Source: Prochloraceae cyanobacterium PL24a_bin.78 (GTDB lineage: Bacteria > Cyanobacteriota > Cyanobacteriia > Cyanobacteriales > JANQIW01). Taken from it: a stretch of 30,371 bases of DNA. Under the pieces are notes generated by a model that ran no database searches, was not told where the DNA came from, and saw only the letters and a program-made list of their open reading frames with translations. The stretch's first letter is position 1; each line of letters opens with the position of its first letter. The stretch lies in the NCBI GenBank assembly GCA_028281945.1, contig JANQIW010000095.1, positions 1-30,371 of the forward strand, read 5' to 3'. A program made the position numbers and the translations under genes. Shown one piece after another: positions 1 to 9,393 of this stretch.

Positions 1-138
1 TGGTTCAATAATTCTGTTTGTTTGATGATTGTATTACCTTAACCAACAGTATCCGCTCCTTTGTGCAGCAACATTTTACTGAAGCACAACCATTGTAATA
101 ATATTAATTATATTCCAAAAAAAGTATAAATAAGATCA

Positions 139-975
139 ATGGTGGATATTTCAATTCCAAAGAAAATTTGGTTTTTATGGCTTCAAGGTTTTTCAGAAAC
201 CCCTTTTGTAGTTCAACAGTGTTATAAATCTTGGAAAGAGTATAATCCTGACTGGGAAGTGATATTTTTAGATGAAAATTCTTGGAAAAATTATACTACC
301 ATTTCTTTATCTGACGAAAAGTTGAGCAAAATCTCCAAAAATCATCTATCAAATCTAATCAGACTCCAATTGCTTGCAAAACATGGAGGTGTTTGGGTTG
401 ATGCGACCTGTCTATGTAGACAACCTTTAAATAAATGGTTATGCAATCATTTAGAAGCGGGTTTCTTTGCCTTTTCTTATAGAACTAGGAGCTATGGTTG
501 GATCTTTACTTGGTTTCTTGCGGCAGAACCTGATAATCTTATTGTAACAAAAACAGCTGAGAAATTAACCTCTTTTTATGAAGATAACGAATTTTATGAT
601 AAAGAAGAAACTATTTTCAAAAAAAGAGTTGAATTTTTAGAGAAATTTTTAAATCGTAAGTATAAAACAACTAGATTTTGGTCTTCATGGTTAGTTAGAA
701 AAGTTTTCAAAGTCTATCCATACTTTACTTTTCATTATATTTTTGCCAAGCTAATTAATTCAGATAAAGAACTTCTAAAACTTTATAAACAAATGAAACC
801 CAATACTGAATTCTACGATAAAGGTAAATCAGGACTATTGCGTACTTTGGATATGGATATGAAAAATAAGATTGATAATGGAAATTACGTAATATATAAG
901 TTGACATGGAAATACAGAGAAGAAGAAAATTCTCCTACCTCGATTTTGTCCTATCTACTGGGAAAAAAAATTTGA
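139..975 (+). CDS. Glycosyltransferase of the Caps_synth / Gly_transf_sug (GT32-like, DXD) family
   Basis: 278-aa ORF. N-terminal 'IPKKIWFLWLQG' and the 'IFLDENSW' DXD-type motif are typical of the capsular-polysaccharide-synthesis / OCH1-like sugar-binding glycosyltransferase family. A/G-rich stretch 'aaagtataaataagatcaATG' lies upstream. Family assignment is by motif recall only. Confidence 0.55.
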   Translation: MVDISIPKKIWFLWLQGFSETPFVVQQCYKSWKEYNPDWEVIFLDENSWKNYTTISLSDEKLSKISKNHLSNLIRLQLLAKHGGVWVDATCLCRQPLNKWLCNHLEAGFFAFSYRTRSYGWIFTWFLAAEPDNLIVTKTAEKLTSFYEDNEFYDKEETIFKKRVEFLEKFLNRKYKTTRFWSSWLVRKVFKVYPYFTFHYIFAKLINSDKELLKLYKQMKPNTEFYDKGKSGLLRTLDMDMKNKIDNGNYVIYKLTWKYREEENSPTSILSYLLGKKI

Positions 976-1156
976 GATCAACTCTATCACTACTTTAGAA
1001 AATTGATATTAGATTCCTTATCAGAAAAAATCGTTGGTTTAATAACAGGATAGTCTTGGCTCTTATATTCCTTAAAAAGCTTATCTCTTTGAACCTTGCG
1101 CGAAAATTGATATTAGAGCGTCAAAACTATCCTTTTTTTCGTAATTCAATCATGTT

Positions 1157-1480
1157 TTATGGCGAGCTACTATTCTGTTGAGTTTTTGGCAGAGAACTGG
1201 TCAAAGCTCGATGCACAGCTTCCGGCTCATGATCGATAACTTTGAGAAAATTCCTTGATGGGCCCGATGGCACACGGCGGCCTTGCTCCCAATCTTGGAG
1301 GGTTCTTAGGGAAACCCCAAAATAATCAGCAAAGACGTTCTGACTCATATTGAGCTTAAGACGGATACGCCGGACATTAATTTCTTCGGGGATATGAACA
1401 ACAGAGCCGTTGTCTTCTCCTCTAGCAAAGGCAAGTGCTTCTTCCATTCCCTTGATGAGACTTTCACCTAATTCGCTCAT
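1157..1480 (-). CDS. XRE-family HTH antitoxin (HigA-like)
   Basis: 107 aa. 'MSQNVFADYFGVSLRTLQDWEQGRRVPSGPSRNFL' is a classic XRE/Cro HTH with the 'Q.WE.G...P' signature. Its start overlaps the upstream toxin stop by 4 nt (ATGA). Local GC is about 45-47% against a background near 30%. Confidence 0.75.
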   Translation of the reverse strand: MSELGESLIKGMEEALAFARGEDNGSVVHIPEEINVRRIRLKLNMSQNVFADYFGVSLRTLQDWEQGRRVPSGPSRNFLKVIDHEPEAVHRALTSSLPKTQQNSSSP

Positions 1481-1821
1481 GTATTTTTCCTCCTATACAT
1501 TTCAACAATACTACTAGACAAAGTTTTCAGGATCTTCTTTTCCTTGTCTGTCATGTTTTCTTTCTGGGTTTTTGCATAAACACTCATCAGAAATACAGGT
1601 ATATCAACGCCGCTGAAAAAAGTAATGACGCGGTATCCACCACCTTTTCCCTTACCTTTGGCAGCTACACGCACTTTTCGCATACCGCCGGTACCGACTA
1701 TTTCCTCCCCTATATCTGGATTAGCCGCAATCAAATCGATAATGCTTTCACGCTCATCATCGGATATACCTAATTTCTTGGCACACCTTATAAATTCGGG
1801 CATTTCAACAACACTTTGCAT
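1477..1821 (-). CDS. RelE/ParE-superfamily toxin (HigB-like; toxin-first order with an XRE antitoxin)
   Basis: 114 aa. 'MPEFIRCAKKLG...GGYRVITFF...VFLMSVYAKTQKENMTDKE' matches HigB/RelE-like addiction-module killer proteins. The gene order (toxin upstream, HTH antitoxin downstream, 4-nt overlap) is the HigBA arrangement. The true start may be the internal Met at 1801-1803 (MPEF...). Confidence 0.75.
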   Translation of the reverse strand: MQSVVEMPEFIRCAKKLGISDDERESIIDLIAANPDIGEEIVGTGGMRKVRVAAKGKGKGGGYRVITFFSGVDIPVFLMSVYAKTQKENMTDKEKKILKTLSSSIVEMYRRKNT

Positions 1822-2019
1822 GGGTCCATTATATACGGCATTGCCGTAGGTTTGTCAAACTTGTTTTGAGAGCTAATTTATAAAGTAGATTTTAAACTAC
1901 ACTCCAAGTTACCCCCTCAAATCCACTGTAAATAGGTACTTTTGAAAATATGTTGCTCAATTTAAAATATTCTTGGCACTCTCGAAATTTTATGCTACAA
2001 TAAATAAATGTACAATTTA

Positions 2020-2093
<74 letters not shown>

Positions 2094-2156
2094 TTCAAAT
2101 TTTTATATAATGATAAGAGCTAGTAAGGCTTAAAATACTGGAAAATAAAAGTTAGG

Positions 2157-4199
2157 ATGTCTGATCAAATTTCTCAACTATCTACTATATCTTCAACCAA
2201 ATCTTATAATAATATTCTCACCATTATTCCTGTTTATAATGAAGAAGAAACCATTGCCTCCGTAATTGCCTCATTAAAACAATATAATCTTACCAAAATT
2301 AGAATTATAGATAATGGAAGCACAGATAAAAGTGCAAACATTGCTAAATCAGCCGGTGCAGAAGTGATTTTTGAACCAATTTTAGGCTATGGGCAAGCCT
2401 GTTGGCGTGGTTTACAAGAGCTTCCCCCTGAAATCGAGTGGATTTTATTCTGTGATGGAGATGGCAGTGATGATTTAAGCCAATTGCCAGAGTTTCTTGC
2501 GCAAAGAGATAATTACGATTTTATTGTCGGCAATCGCACCGCTACTGTTGCAGGGAGAAACGCTATGACTCCTGTTCAACGTTTTGGCAATAAATTGTCT
2601 ACTCTACTGATTTATTTAGGCTGGCAATACCAATATCACGATCTCGGGCCTTTACGTTTGATTCATCGCAACGCTATAGAAGCAATGGAAATGAACGATC
2701 GCAATTTTGGTTGGACAGTAGAAATGCAGGTTAAAGCCATCGAGTCTAACTTGCAAATTCTGGAAATCCCTGTGGATTATCATCAACGACAAGGGGGTAA
2801 ATCTAAAATCTCCGGCACCATCCAAGGTACCATTAAAGCAGCTACAATTATTCTTAAAACTATTGGTTATTTATACTGGCGTAAAATTTTGAATCAATTT
2901 CTCAAACCAAAAAAAATTTTATTGATCTTAAGCACTTTTTTATTGGTTATGGGTGCTTTTTTGAGCTTTCCTTATGGAGATTTTACCATTGCGGGAATGG
3001 TTCCCCAATTCTGGAAAGGCATTGCCGTGATGAGTTTGGGCTTTATTCTTTCATGGAAATTGCCATCTCTTACAGGTATATGGTTTTGGAGTGTGGCAAT
3101 TATTACCAGATTAATTCTTTTACCAATGGAACCGGGAGAGGATATTTGGCGATATCTTTGGGAAGGTTATATCCAAAATCAAGGTTTTAGTCCATATGAT
3201 TTCCCTCCCATTGCTCCTGAATTAGAATCAATTCGCCCTGAATGGTGGTCGAAAATTCTTCATCCTACTATTTCTGCTATTTATCCACCTATTACTCAGT
3301 TTGGTTTTCGAGCGATCGCTGCTATTAGTCCTAGTGTAATTTTATTTAAAATTGGATTTATTATTGCAGATTTATTGATTTGTTGGCAACTGAGTAGGAA
3401 ACTTGGGTATCTTAAATCAACTCTTTATGCTTGGAATCCTGTAGTTATTTATTCATTTGCTGGAGGAGCACATTATGACAGTTGGTTTATTTTACCTTTA
3501 GTTGGTGCTTGGTTAGTATTTGATTACGAAGAAAACCCTTCTCGTTGGTTAATTAGTGCTTTATTACTAGGGATTAGTATCGCTGTTAAATGGATAACTT
3601 TACCAATTTTAGGATTTTTAGCATGGCAAGCGTGGCAAAAAGAAGGATTTAAAAAAGCAGTATTGGTAGGAATTTGTGGAATTTTACCTTTAATTTTGAC
3701 AGCAATACCCTTTTGTTACTCAGGAGAATGTCAATTAATCCCAACAAATTCTGCATTTGTAGTTTATGGGCGTAGTGCTGACTTATTTCCTTATTTACTT
3801 GCATTAGTTTGGGAGGAATCCCGCCAAGCAAATTGGTATTATCTTGTTCCTTTATCTTTAGCAATTTTGTTATTATTATGGAAAACAAAGACTTTCCAAT
3901 CCTTTTCTAGTAATTTTTTATTTGCTCTTTTAACTCTTTCTCCCATTATTCATTTATGGTATTTTACTTGGTTAATGCCTTTCGCTACTGTCACTCGAAA
4001 TTTAGGGGCGCGTTTAGTTAGTATATCTGCCTTTATTTATTTTATTTTACCCCATCGCATGAGTTTGGGAATTAATGATTGGTTATTGTCACCAATAGAA
4101 AGACTTTTTCTGTGGTTACCTTTTGTGTTGGGTTGGTTTTGGACTATTTTTAAGGAAAATCATAATGTTTTAGATACATCTAAAGATGTTACTAGTTAA
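2157..4199 (+). CDS. Fusion protein: N-terminal GT2 (DPM1/GtrB-like polyprenol-phosphate glycosyltransferase) plus a C-terminal polytopic membrane domain (GT-C / DUF2029-like)
   Basis: 680 aa. The N-terminus 'IIPVYNEEETI...IIDNGSTD...ILFCDGDGSDD' is a GT-A fold GT2 with a DXD motif. Residues from about 250 onward contain many predicted TM helices rich in W, F and L. HIP1 octamer GCGATCGC sits inside the gene at 3312-3319. Confidence 0.7.
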   Translation: MSDQISQLSTISSTKSYNNILTIIPVYNEEETIASVIASLKQYNLTKIRIIDNGSTDKSANIAKSAGAEVIFEPILGYGQACWRGLQELPPEIEWILFCDGDGSDDLSQLPEFLAQRDNYDFIVGNRTATVAGRNAMTPVQRFGNKLSTLLIYLGWQYQYHDLGPLRLIHRNAIEAMEMNDRNFGWTVEMQVKAIESNLQILEIPVDYHQRQGGKSKISGTIQGTIKAATIILKTIGYLYWRKILNQFLKPKKILLILSTFLLVMGAFLSFPYGDFTIAGMVPQFWKGIAVMSLGFILSWKLPSLTGIWFWSVAIITRLILLPMEPGEDIWRYLWEGYIQNQGFSPYDFPPIAPELESIRPEWWSKILHPTISAIYPPITQFGFRAIAAISPSVILFKIGFIIADLLICWQLSRKLGYLKSTLYAWNPVVIYSFAGGAHYDSWFILPLVGAWLVFDYEENPSRWLISALLLGISIAVKWITLPILGFLAWQAWQKEGFKKAVLVGICGILPLILTAIPFCYSGECQLIPTNSAFVVYGRSADLFPYLLALVWEESRQANWYYLVPLSLAILLLLWKTKTFQSFSSNFLFALLTLSPIIHLWYFTWLMPFATVTRNLGARLVSISAFIYFILPHRMSLGINDWLLSPIERLFLWLPFVLGWFWTIFKENHNVLDTSKDVTS

Positions 4200-4246
4200 A
4201 TTATTTTAATTTTAAGACTCACATTACTATCTAATCTTTAAAAACT

Positions 4247-4813
4247 ATGACTAAATCAATAGAAAAAATAGCTTGGAACTTTAAAGATTTATCATTTATT
4301 CCCTTTAATGAATCAAATTCTTATGAAATAATTGATGGGGAACTATTTGTGACTAGAAGCCCTCATCGCAAACACCAACAAATTTGTGGCAAAATCTTTA
4401 AAGAATTAGATCTTTGGAATTAATCTAAAAGATTAGGAGAGGTAATAATTTTTCTAAGAATTATTTTTTCTGAAGCAGATAATGTATCTCCTGATGTTAT
4501 TTGGATTAGTAATGAAAAATTGCACTATATAGAAGATGAAGCAGAGCATTTAACTGGTGCTCCAGAGTTAGTAATAGAAGTTTTATCACCTGGCAAAGAA
4601 AACTATCGTAGAGATAAAGAAGTTAAACTGAAATTATATTCTAATCAAGGAGTAGAAGAATATTGGATCGTCGATGGTTTTTTAAAACAAGTAGAAGTTT
4701 ACCGGCGAAAAAATAGTAAATTAATTTTAGTAGCAACTTTCTTAAATAATGATGAAATCTCTTCACCAAATTTACCTTTATTTAGTTGTGATATATCTAA
4801 ATTTTTTAGATAA
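4247..4813 (+). pseudogene. Uma2-family (DUF820) endonuclease gene interrupted by an in-frame TAA at 4421-4423
   Basis: Translating from ATG 4247 gives 'MTKSIEKIAWNFKDL...YEIIDGELFVTRSPHRKHQQICGKIFKELDLWN*'. Continuing in the same frame gives 'SKRLGEVIIF...SEADNVSPDVIWISNEKL...HLTGAPELVIEVLSPGKENYRRDKEVKLKLYSNQGVEEYWIVDG...VEVYRR'. Together these form one complete Uma2 domain. I checked the frame by hand: 4247 and 4421 are both congruent to 2 mod 3. Confidence 0.6.
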
Positions 4814-4850
4814 TTTTTTAGATAATTTTTTAGATAATTTTTAGGTAATT
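4800..4850. repeat. Tandem repeat of about 12 nt (TTTTTTAGATAA x3-4)
   Basis: 'ttttttagataattttttagataattttttagataatttttaggtaatttt' overlaps the Uma2 stop codon. Confidence 0.7.
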
Positions 4851-5166
4851 TTAAAAGCTAGTTTTGTAGTTACTTAAAACAAAGATTAGGAAATTTTAAG
4901 GAATTTCTAAAGTGAATCTAACTTTAGTTGGCTTTGATGGAAAAAAGAGATAGCTATCAATTTACTTAGATATCAACTTACTGCGGAAGTAGAAGGGGTA
5001 GCACCTAAAGTTTTTTTGTAAGAAATATTTTATCTTACTTTAAGTTCAATACTTGTCAGAAATTTTCCTTTTTAGAGGATTTTATCACTTAATTTTGAAC
5101 TGTTATCAAGCTTAATTTATCAAAGTTAATATAGAGATTTTACCAAACCATTAGAGAGTTTAAATC

Positions 5167-6030
5167 ATGAATAAATTCAAGACATTTTCCATTTTATTAT
5201 CCACTATTGTGATCTTAAGCGGTTGTGGTGTTTCAGCTCCAGAATTAGGAGCAGATTCTCAAAATTCTTCCGACAAAACAAATACCGCAATTAAACAACA
5301 ATTTAGCTATGAAAAATATGCTGATGTTTTGAAAAAATATGTTGATGATAAAGGTTTAGTTGATTACCAAGGATTGAAAGCAGATCGACAAAAACTAGAT
5401 GAATTTGCAGCAGCGATTGGAGCAGTTCATCCTGAAACTTATAGTTCTTGGAGTGAAACAGAGAAACTAACTTTTTTAATTAATGCTTACAATGCTTTAA
5501 CATTACAATTAATCATTAATCAAGACCCAATTCCTGCTAGTATTCGAGATATTTTTAATCCTTGGAAAGGTCCTAAATTTCCCGTTGTTGGAAAAGAAAT
5601 AAGTTTAGATGAAATTGAACATGGAATTATTAGGCAAAAATTTGACGAGCCTAGAATCCATGTAGCTTTGGTTTGTGCGGCAATAAGTTGTCCTATACTA
5701 TTAAACGAGCCTTACTATCCAGATCAATTGGATGCTCAACTAGATAAGCAATCAAAAGCATTTGCTGAAAGTCCTCAAGGTTTCGCCATCGATCGTAATA
5801 ATAAAGAGGTTAGTCTTTCTTCCATTTATAAATGGTATGGTCAAGATTGGGAGGGAAGTTATGGAGTAGATAGTAATAAATTTACCGGCAAGTTTAGTGG
5901 TAATAATAGCGAAAAAGCAGTATTAAATTATATCAGTAAATATCTTCCAGCAGAAGAAAAAGAATATCTCCAAGAAGGAAATTATCGAGTTAATTATCTT
6001 GATTACGATTGGTCTTTAAATGAGCAATAA
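5167..6030 (+). CDS. DUF547-family lipoprotein
   Basis: 287 aa. Lipoprotein signal with lipobox 'ILSGC'. Conserved DUF547 blocks 'LTFLINAYNALTLQLII' and 'HVALVCAAISCPILL' are present. SD-like 'agagag' lies upstream. Confidence 0.7.
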   Translation: MNKFKTFSILLSTIVILSGCGVSAPELGADSQNSSDKTNTAIKQQFSYEKYADVLKKYVDDKGLVDYQGLKADRQKLDEFAAAIGAVHPETYSSWSETEKLTFLINAYNALTLQLIINQDPIPASIRDIFNPWKGPKFPVVGKEISLDEIEHGIIRQKFDEPRIHVALVCAAISCPILLNEPYYPDQLDAQLDKQSKAFAESPQGFAIDRNNKEVSLSSIYKWYGQDWEGSYGVDSNKFTGKFSGNNSEKAVLNYISKYLPAEEKEYLQEGNYRVNYLDYDWSLNEQ

Positions 6031-6069
6031 TTTAGACCATTTATAGCCAATAGAAATCAATGTTTTTTC

Positions 6070-6105
6070 ATCAGAAATCTAACAGAAATCTAACAGAAAT
6101 TTAAT
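6070..6105. repeat. Tandem 11-nt repeat (TAACAGAAATC x3) in the convergent intergenic spacer
   Basis: 'cagaaatctaacagaaatctaacagaaatttaatc' lies between the 3' ends of the DUF547 gene and the RNB gene. Confidence 0.6.
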
Positions 6106-8017
6106 CAAAAGAGGAATAAGCAAAAGTTTGTTTTAACCTCTTTAATAAACTAGAAGCTGCCAATTGTTTAGCTTCTTTTTTGCTTTTACCATTACCTTTA
6201 TTGGTAAAAGTTTTATCTTCTAAAATAAGAGTTACTATACATTGAAAACCATTTGCTAATGACGAATATTTATAGTTAGGCACAGGCCAACTTAACTGTT
6301 GAGAAAGATTATTTAAAATAGCAATAGAATTGTCAGAAGATTCAAAAATTTCGTTAATATATTCTTCATTAAATTCTTCTCCCCAAAAATAATCTTCATC
6401 TTCAATCCATTCTTCTTCTTCCTCAATTTCGTCATTTTGTATTGCTAGCAAATTATTAGTATTGTCTGTATTTTTTTCTATTTTTGATGTATTTTGAAAA
6501 TTGAAATTTCTTTCTTCAATTGTTACTAATTCCTCTTCACAAAATGCCACTAACCATTGAGAAGCTGCGGATTGTTTAGCTTCTTTTTTAGAATTAGCAA
6601 TTTCAGGATTAAAAGTAGTTTCATCATCTACCACTAACCATGCAGCAAAAGGAGGTGCAGATAATTCTTCATAAATAAAATCTACTTGTTTGCCCATTTG
6701 TCTAGCAATTGAATTTAAAGCTTGGAGAAAATCTGAAGGATTTTTGTCCCCCCAATCTTTTAATTCTTCGAGTTTTAATTCATGCTTGAAAATGATTAAA
6801 GCGACATCTTTAAGAGTTAAAGTATTTTTATTAAATCTATTAATTATTTCAGGTAATAGTTTACCAATATTCTCATCATTAGCTACCTCTAAAAGTTTAG
6901 TAAATTCTTTAGCTGATAAACGAGAATAAATAGATTCATCTTGCAGATTTTGATTAATTATAGCTTGTGATTTTGCTTTCATAATCTCTTTTTTAGTTTG
7001 ACGAGTTTGTTCGCGATACTCATTAAGATGGTTGGCTATTTTTTCTAATTCTTCTTGAGTATATGGAATATTTTCTCCTTTAATTATAGACTTAATAATG
7101 CGATGATTAACTATATCTGCATATCTTCTAATAGGAGAAGTAAAGTGACAATAACTATCTAAATTTAAAGCAAAATGTCCTTCACAATTTTCTTGATAAA
7201 CCGCAGGTTTAAGATGGGATTGTAAATATTTTCTAATTAATTCGCTACTACCTAAATCTCTTAAACTTTTGATAAAAGTGTTTCTATCTTCAGGAATTTC
7301 TCCTGCTTTATGATTGCGATACATTCCTAGCTGGGTTTTTTCTAATAAAAAATTAGCAATAGCCATATTAGCTAAAATCATAAATTCAGCGATAATTTGC
7401 TGACTATTATATTGAATTTCTTTAGTAATATTTCCTTCTTCATCTAAGTTTAAATCCCCAATAGACATTGAACCAATTGCCCCTCTATCTTGACGAAGAT
7501 AATTTAATTTTTTAGCCCAAATTTCGCAATATTTTAAAAGAGGATATAATTGTTTTGATGGAGAAATTAAAGTTAAATCTGCCTCTTCATAAGCAAATCT
7601 TTTAATACTAATTAATAAGGTTTCTTGGATTTCAGTATTAACAATATTAGCACTAGAATCTAAAGTTATTTTTACAGTTAATGTAGGGCGATGTTTTCCT
7701 TCTAAAAGACTAGTTTTTTCTTCTGACAAGATTCTGGGAAACATAGGAATATTTCCTTTAGCTAAATAGACAGTTTCCACTCTTGTTAATGCTTCTTTGT
7801 CTAAGGCACTATTTTTATGAACATAAGCAGAGACATCTGTGATATGAATACTTAAAATTGCACCATTATTAATAATTTCAATCCAAATAGCATCATCTAA
7901 ATCTTTACTACTACTAGAGTCAATGGTAAAACCACATACCTGAGGGCGGCTTGAATAATCTATTGTAACTGTATTAGCTTCTGTTAGGACTTCTCTGGTA
8001 AATATTTTTTTAAACAT
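6101..8017 (-). CDS. RNB-domain 3'-5' exoribonuclease (RNase II/R family) with two C-terminal dsRNA-binding motifs and no CSD or S1 domains
   Basis: 638 aa. The RNB catalytic signature 'SSSKDLDDAIWIE...IHITDVSAYV' sits at the very N-terminus, so no cold-shock domains precede it. The C-terminus carries two DSRM units: '...PSDFLQALNSIARQMGKQVDFIYEE...SKKEAKQSAASQWLVAF' and '...NSIAILNNLSQQLSWPVPNYKY...KSKKEAKQLAASSLLKRLKQ'. An acidic linker (EEEEEWIEDEDYFWGEEF) separates them. Confidence 0.8.
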   Translation of the reverse strand: MFKKIFTREVLTEANTVTIDYSSRPQVCGFTIDSSSSKDLDDAIWIEIINNGAILSIHITDVSAYVHKNSALDKEALTRVETVYLAKGNIPMFPRILSEEKTSLLEGKHRPTLTVKITLDSSANIVNTEIQETLLISIKRFAYEEADLTLISPSKQLYPLLKYCEIWAKKLNYLRQDRGAIGSMSIGDLNLDEEGNITKEIQYNSQQIIAEFMILANMAIANFLLEKTQLGMYRNHKAGEIPEDRNTFIKSLRDLGSSELIRKYLQSHLKPAVYQENCEGHFALNLDSYCHFTSPIRRYADIVNHRIIKSIIKGENIPYTQEELEKIANHLNEYREQTRQTKKEIMKAKSQAIINQNLQDESIYSRLSAKEFTKLLEVANDENIGKLLPEIINRFNKNTLTLKDVALIIFKHELKLEELKDWGDKNPSDFLQALNSIARQMGKQVDFIYEELSAPPFAAWLVVDDETTFNPEIANSKKEAKQSAASQWLVAFCEEELVTIEERNFNFQNTSKIEKNTDNTNNLLAIQNDEIEEEEEWIEDEDYFWGEEFNEEYINEIFESSDNSIAILNNLSQQLSWPVPNYKYSSLANGFQCIVTLILEDKTFTNKGNGKSKKEAKQLAASSLLKRLKQTFAYSSFD

Positions 8018-8025
8018 AAATTAAA

Positions 8026-9393
8026 TTAATAATTGTTATTAGGAATTTCTAGATTTAAAAATTTAGTTAATTCTGGTTTAAATAAAAGCTTAATTTGTCC
8101 TGTAGGCCCATTTCTTTGTTTAGCAATAATAACTTCAGCGATTCCTCTATCTGGAGTATCTGGATTATAATATTCATCTCTATATAACATCATTACTAAA
8201 TCTGCATCTTGCTCAATAGATCCTGATTCTCTTAAATCTGATAACATCGGACGTTTATTATTTCTTTGTTCCACAGCCCGACTTAATTGTGAAAGGGCAA
8301 TGAGAGGAACGTTTAATTCCCTCGCTAAACCCTTTAAAGCACGTGTTATTCTAGATAATTCTTGTACACGGTTATCACTAGAACTGCCTTCCATCAACTG
8401 TAAATAATCTAATAAAATTAAACCTAATTCCTTTCTTTGGTCTGATTTTTGGTCTGATATTAAACGACGTAAATCCGATCTCATTTGCATCACAGTCAAA
8501 CTAGCATTATCATTAATATAAATAGGAAGGTCTGCTAAAGCTCCCACTGCTGCACCCAAAGGATCTAATTCCATTTGAGTTATGCGACCCGAACGTAACT
8601 TATTACTATCAATCCCTGTTTCGCCAGACAATAAACGGACAGATAATTGTTGTTTTGACATTTCTAAACTAAAGATTGCCACCATTAATTTCTCCTCAAG
8701 AGCAACATGATGGGCTATATTTAGGGCAAAACTAGTTTTTCCCATACTAGGGCGGCCAGCAATAATAATTAAATCCGATCGTCCTAAACCATTAGTCCTA
8801 GCATCTAAATCATAAAAACCAGTATTGATTCCGGGATTGCCAGTTTTGTTATACAACTTTTCAATCTCTTGAAAAGCATCAATCACCGTTTCAGAAATAG
8901 GGATTAAACCTTCTTGAGGACGCTTTTGAATCAGGTTAAAAATAGCTTTTTGAGAACTATTCATAACGGATTCAATTTCTTGAGTTGTATCATAACCTAA
9001 TTTTATAATTAGATGACCAGCTTTAATTAATTCACGACGTAAGAATTTATCCATTACTAAAGGGGCATGATGTTCAATTGTTATTGCTGAAACTGTACGA
9101 TCTACTAATTGTGTTAACTTTGTAGTTCCGCCTACTTCTTCTAAAAAACCTCGATCTAATAACCAAGTAGTTACTGTCATTAAATCAGTGGGTTTTCTTT
9201 GATTATATAAATATATTGCCCCTTCATAAATTTTTTTGTGAGCTTGGATATAAAAAGCTTCAGGATTGATTAAATTAACAACTCTTCCCATGGCTTCAGG
9301 ATCCAATAAAATACCTCCTAAAATCGCCTCTTCAGCATCAATATTTTGTGGTGGAAGAGAGTTTTGGGAAAATTGTGGTTTAAATTCTACCAT
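8026..9393 (-). CDS. dnaB: Replicative DNA helicase DnaB (intein-free)
   Basis: 455 aa. N-terminal DnaB domain 'NIDAEEAILGGILLDPEA'. Walker A 'IIIAGRPSMGKTSFALNIA'. Its stop lies only 8 bp upstream of the RNB gene start, so co-transcription is likely. Confidence 0.95.
   Translation of the reverse strand: MVEFKPQFSQNSLPPQNIDAEEAILGGILLDPEAMGRVVNLINPEAFYIQAHKKIYEGAIYLYNQRKPTDLMTVTTWLLDRGFLEEVGGTTKLTQLVDRTVSAITIEHHAPLVMDKFLRRELIKAGHLIIKLGYDTTQEIESVMNSSQKAIFNLIQKRPQEGLIPISETVIDAFQEIEKLYNKTGNPGINTGFYDLDARTNGLGRSDLIIIAGRPSMGKTSFALNIAHHVALEEKLMVAIFSLEMSKQQLSVRLLSGETGIDSNKLRSGRITQMELDPLGAAVGALADLPIYINDNASLTVMQMRSDLRRLISDQKSDQRKELGLILLDYLQLMEGSSSDNRVQELSRITRALKGLARELNVPLIALSQLSRAVEQRNNKRPMLSDLRESGSIEQDADLVMMLYRDEYYNPDTPDRGIAEVIIAKQRNGPTGQIKLLFKPELTKFLNLEIPNNNY

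Noticed and set aside
1625-1849. 74-aa plus-strand ORF
   Set aside because: It lies entirely antisense to the well-supported HigB-like toxin gene. It has a Pro-rich low-complexity translation and no RBS.
3649-3888. Embedded or antisense ORFs (3649-3888, 6690-6929, 10404-10616, 11258-11446, 12013-12195, 13505-13702, 15570-15770, 16172-16360, 16273-16485, 20057-20377, 23075-23290, 23600-23782, 24330-24524, 28268-28549, 28519-28731, 29218-29448, 30001-30225)
   Set aside because: Each sits inside, and mostly antisense to, a longer CDS with clear homology. Their translations are low-complexity and no start signals are present.
4237-4520. Initially suspected +1 frameshift in the Uma2 gene
   Set aside because: Counting codons shows both halves are in the same frame (4247 and 4421 are both 2 mod 3). 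The lesion is a single in-frame TAA, not a frameshift.
8026-9393. Possible intein in DnaB (common in cyanobacteria)
   Set aside because: 455 aa is the intein-free length, and the Walker and helicase motifs are contiguous.
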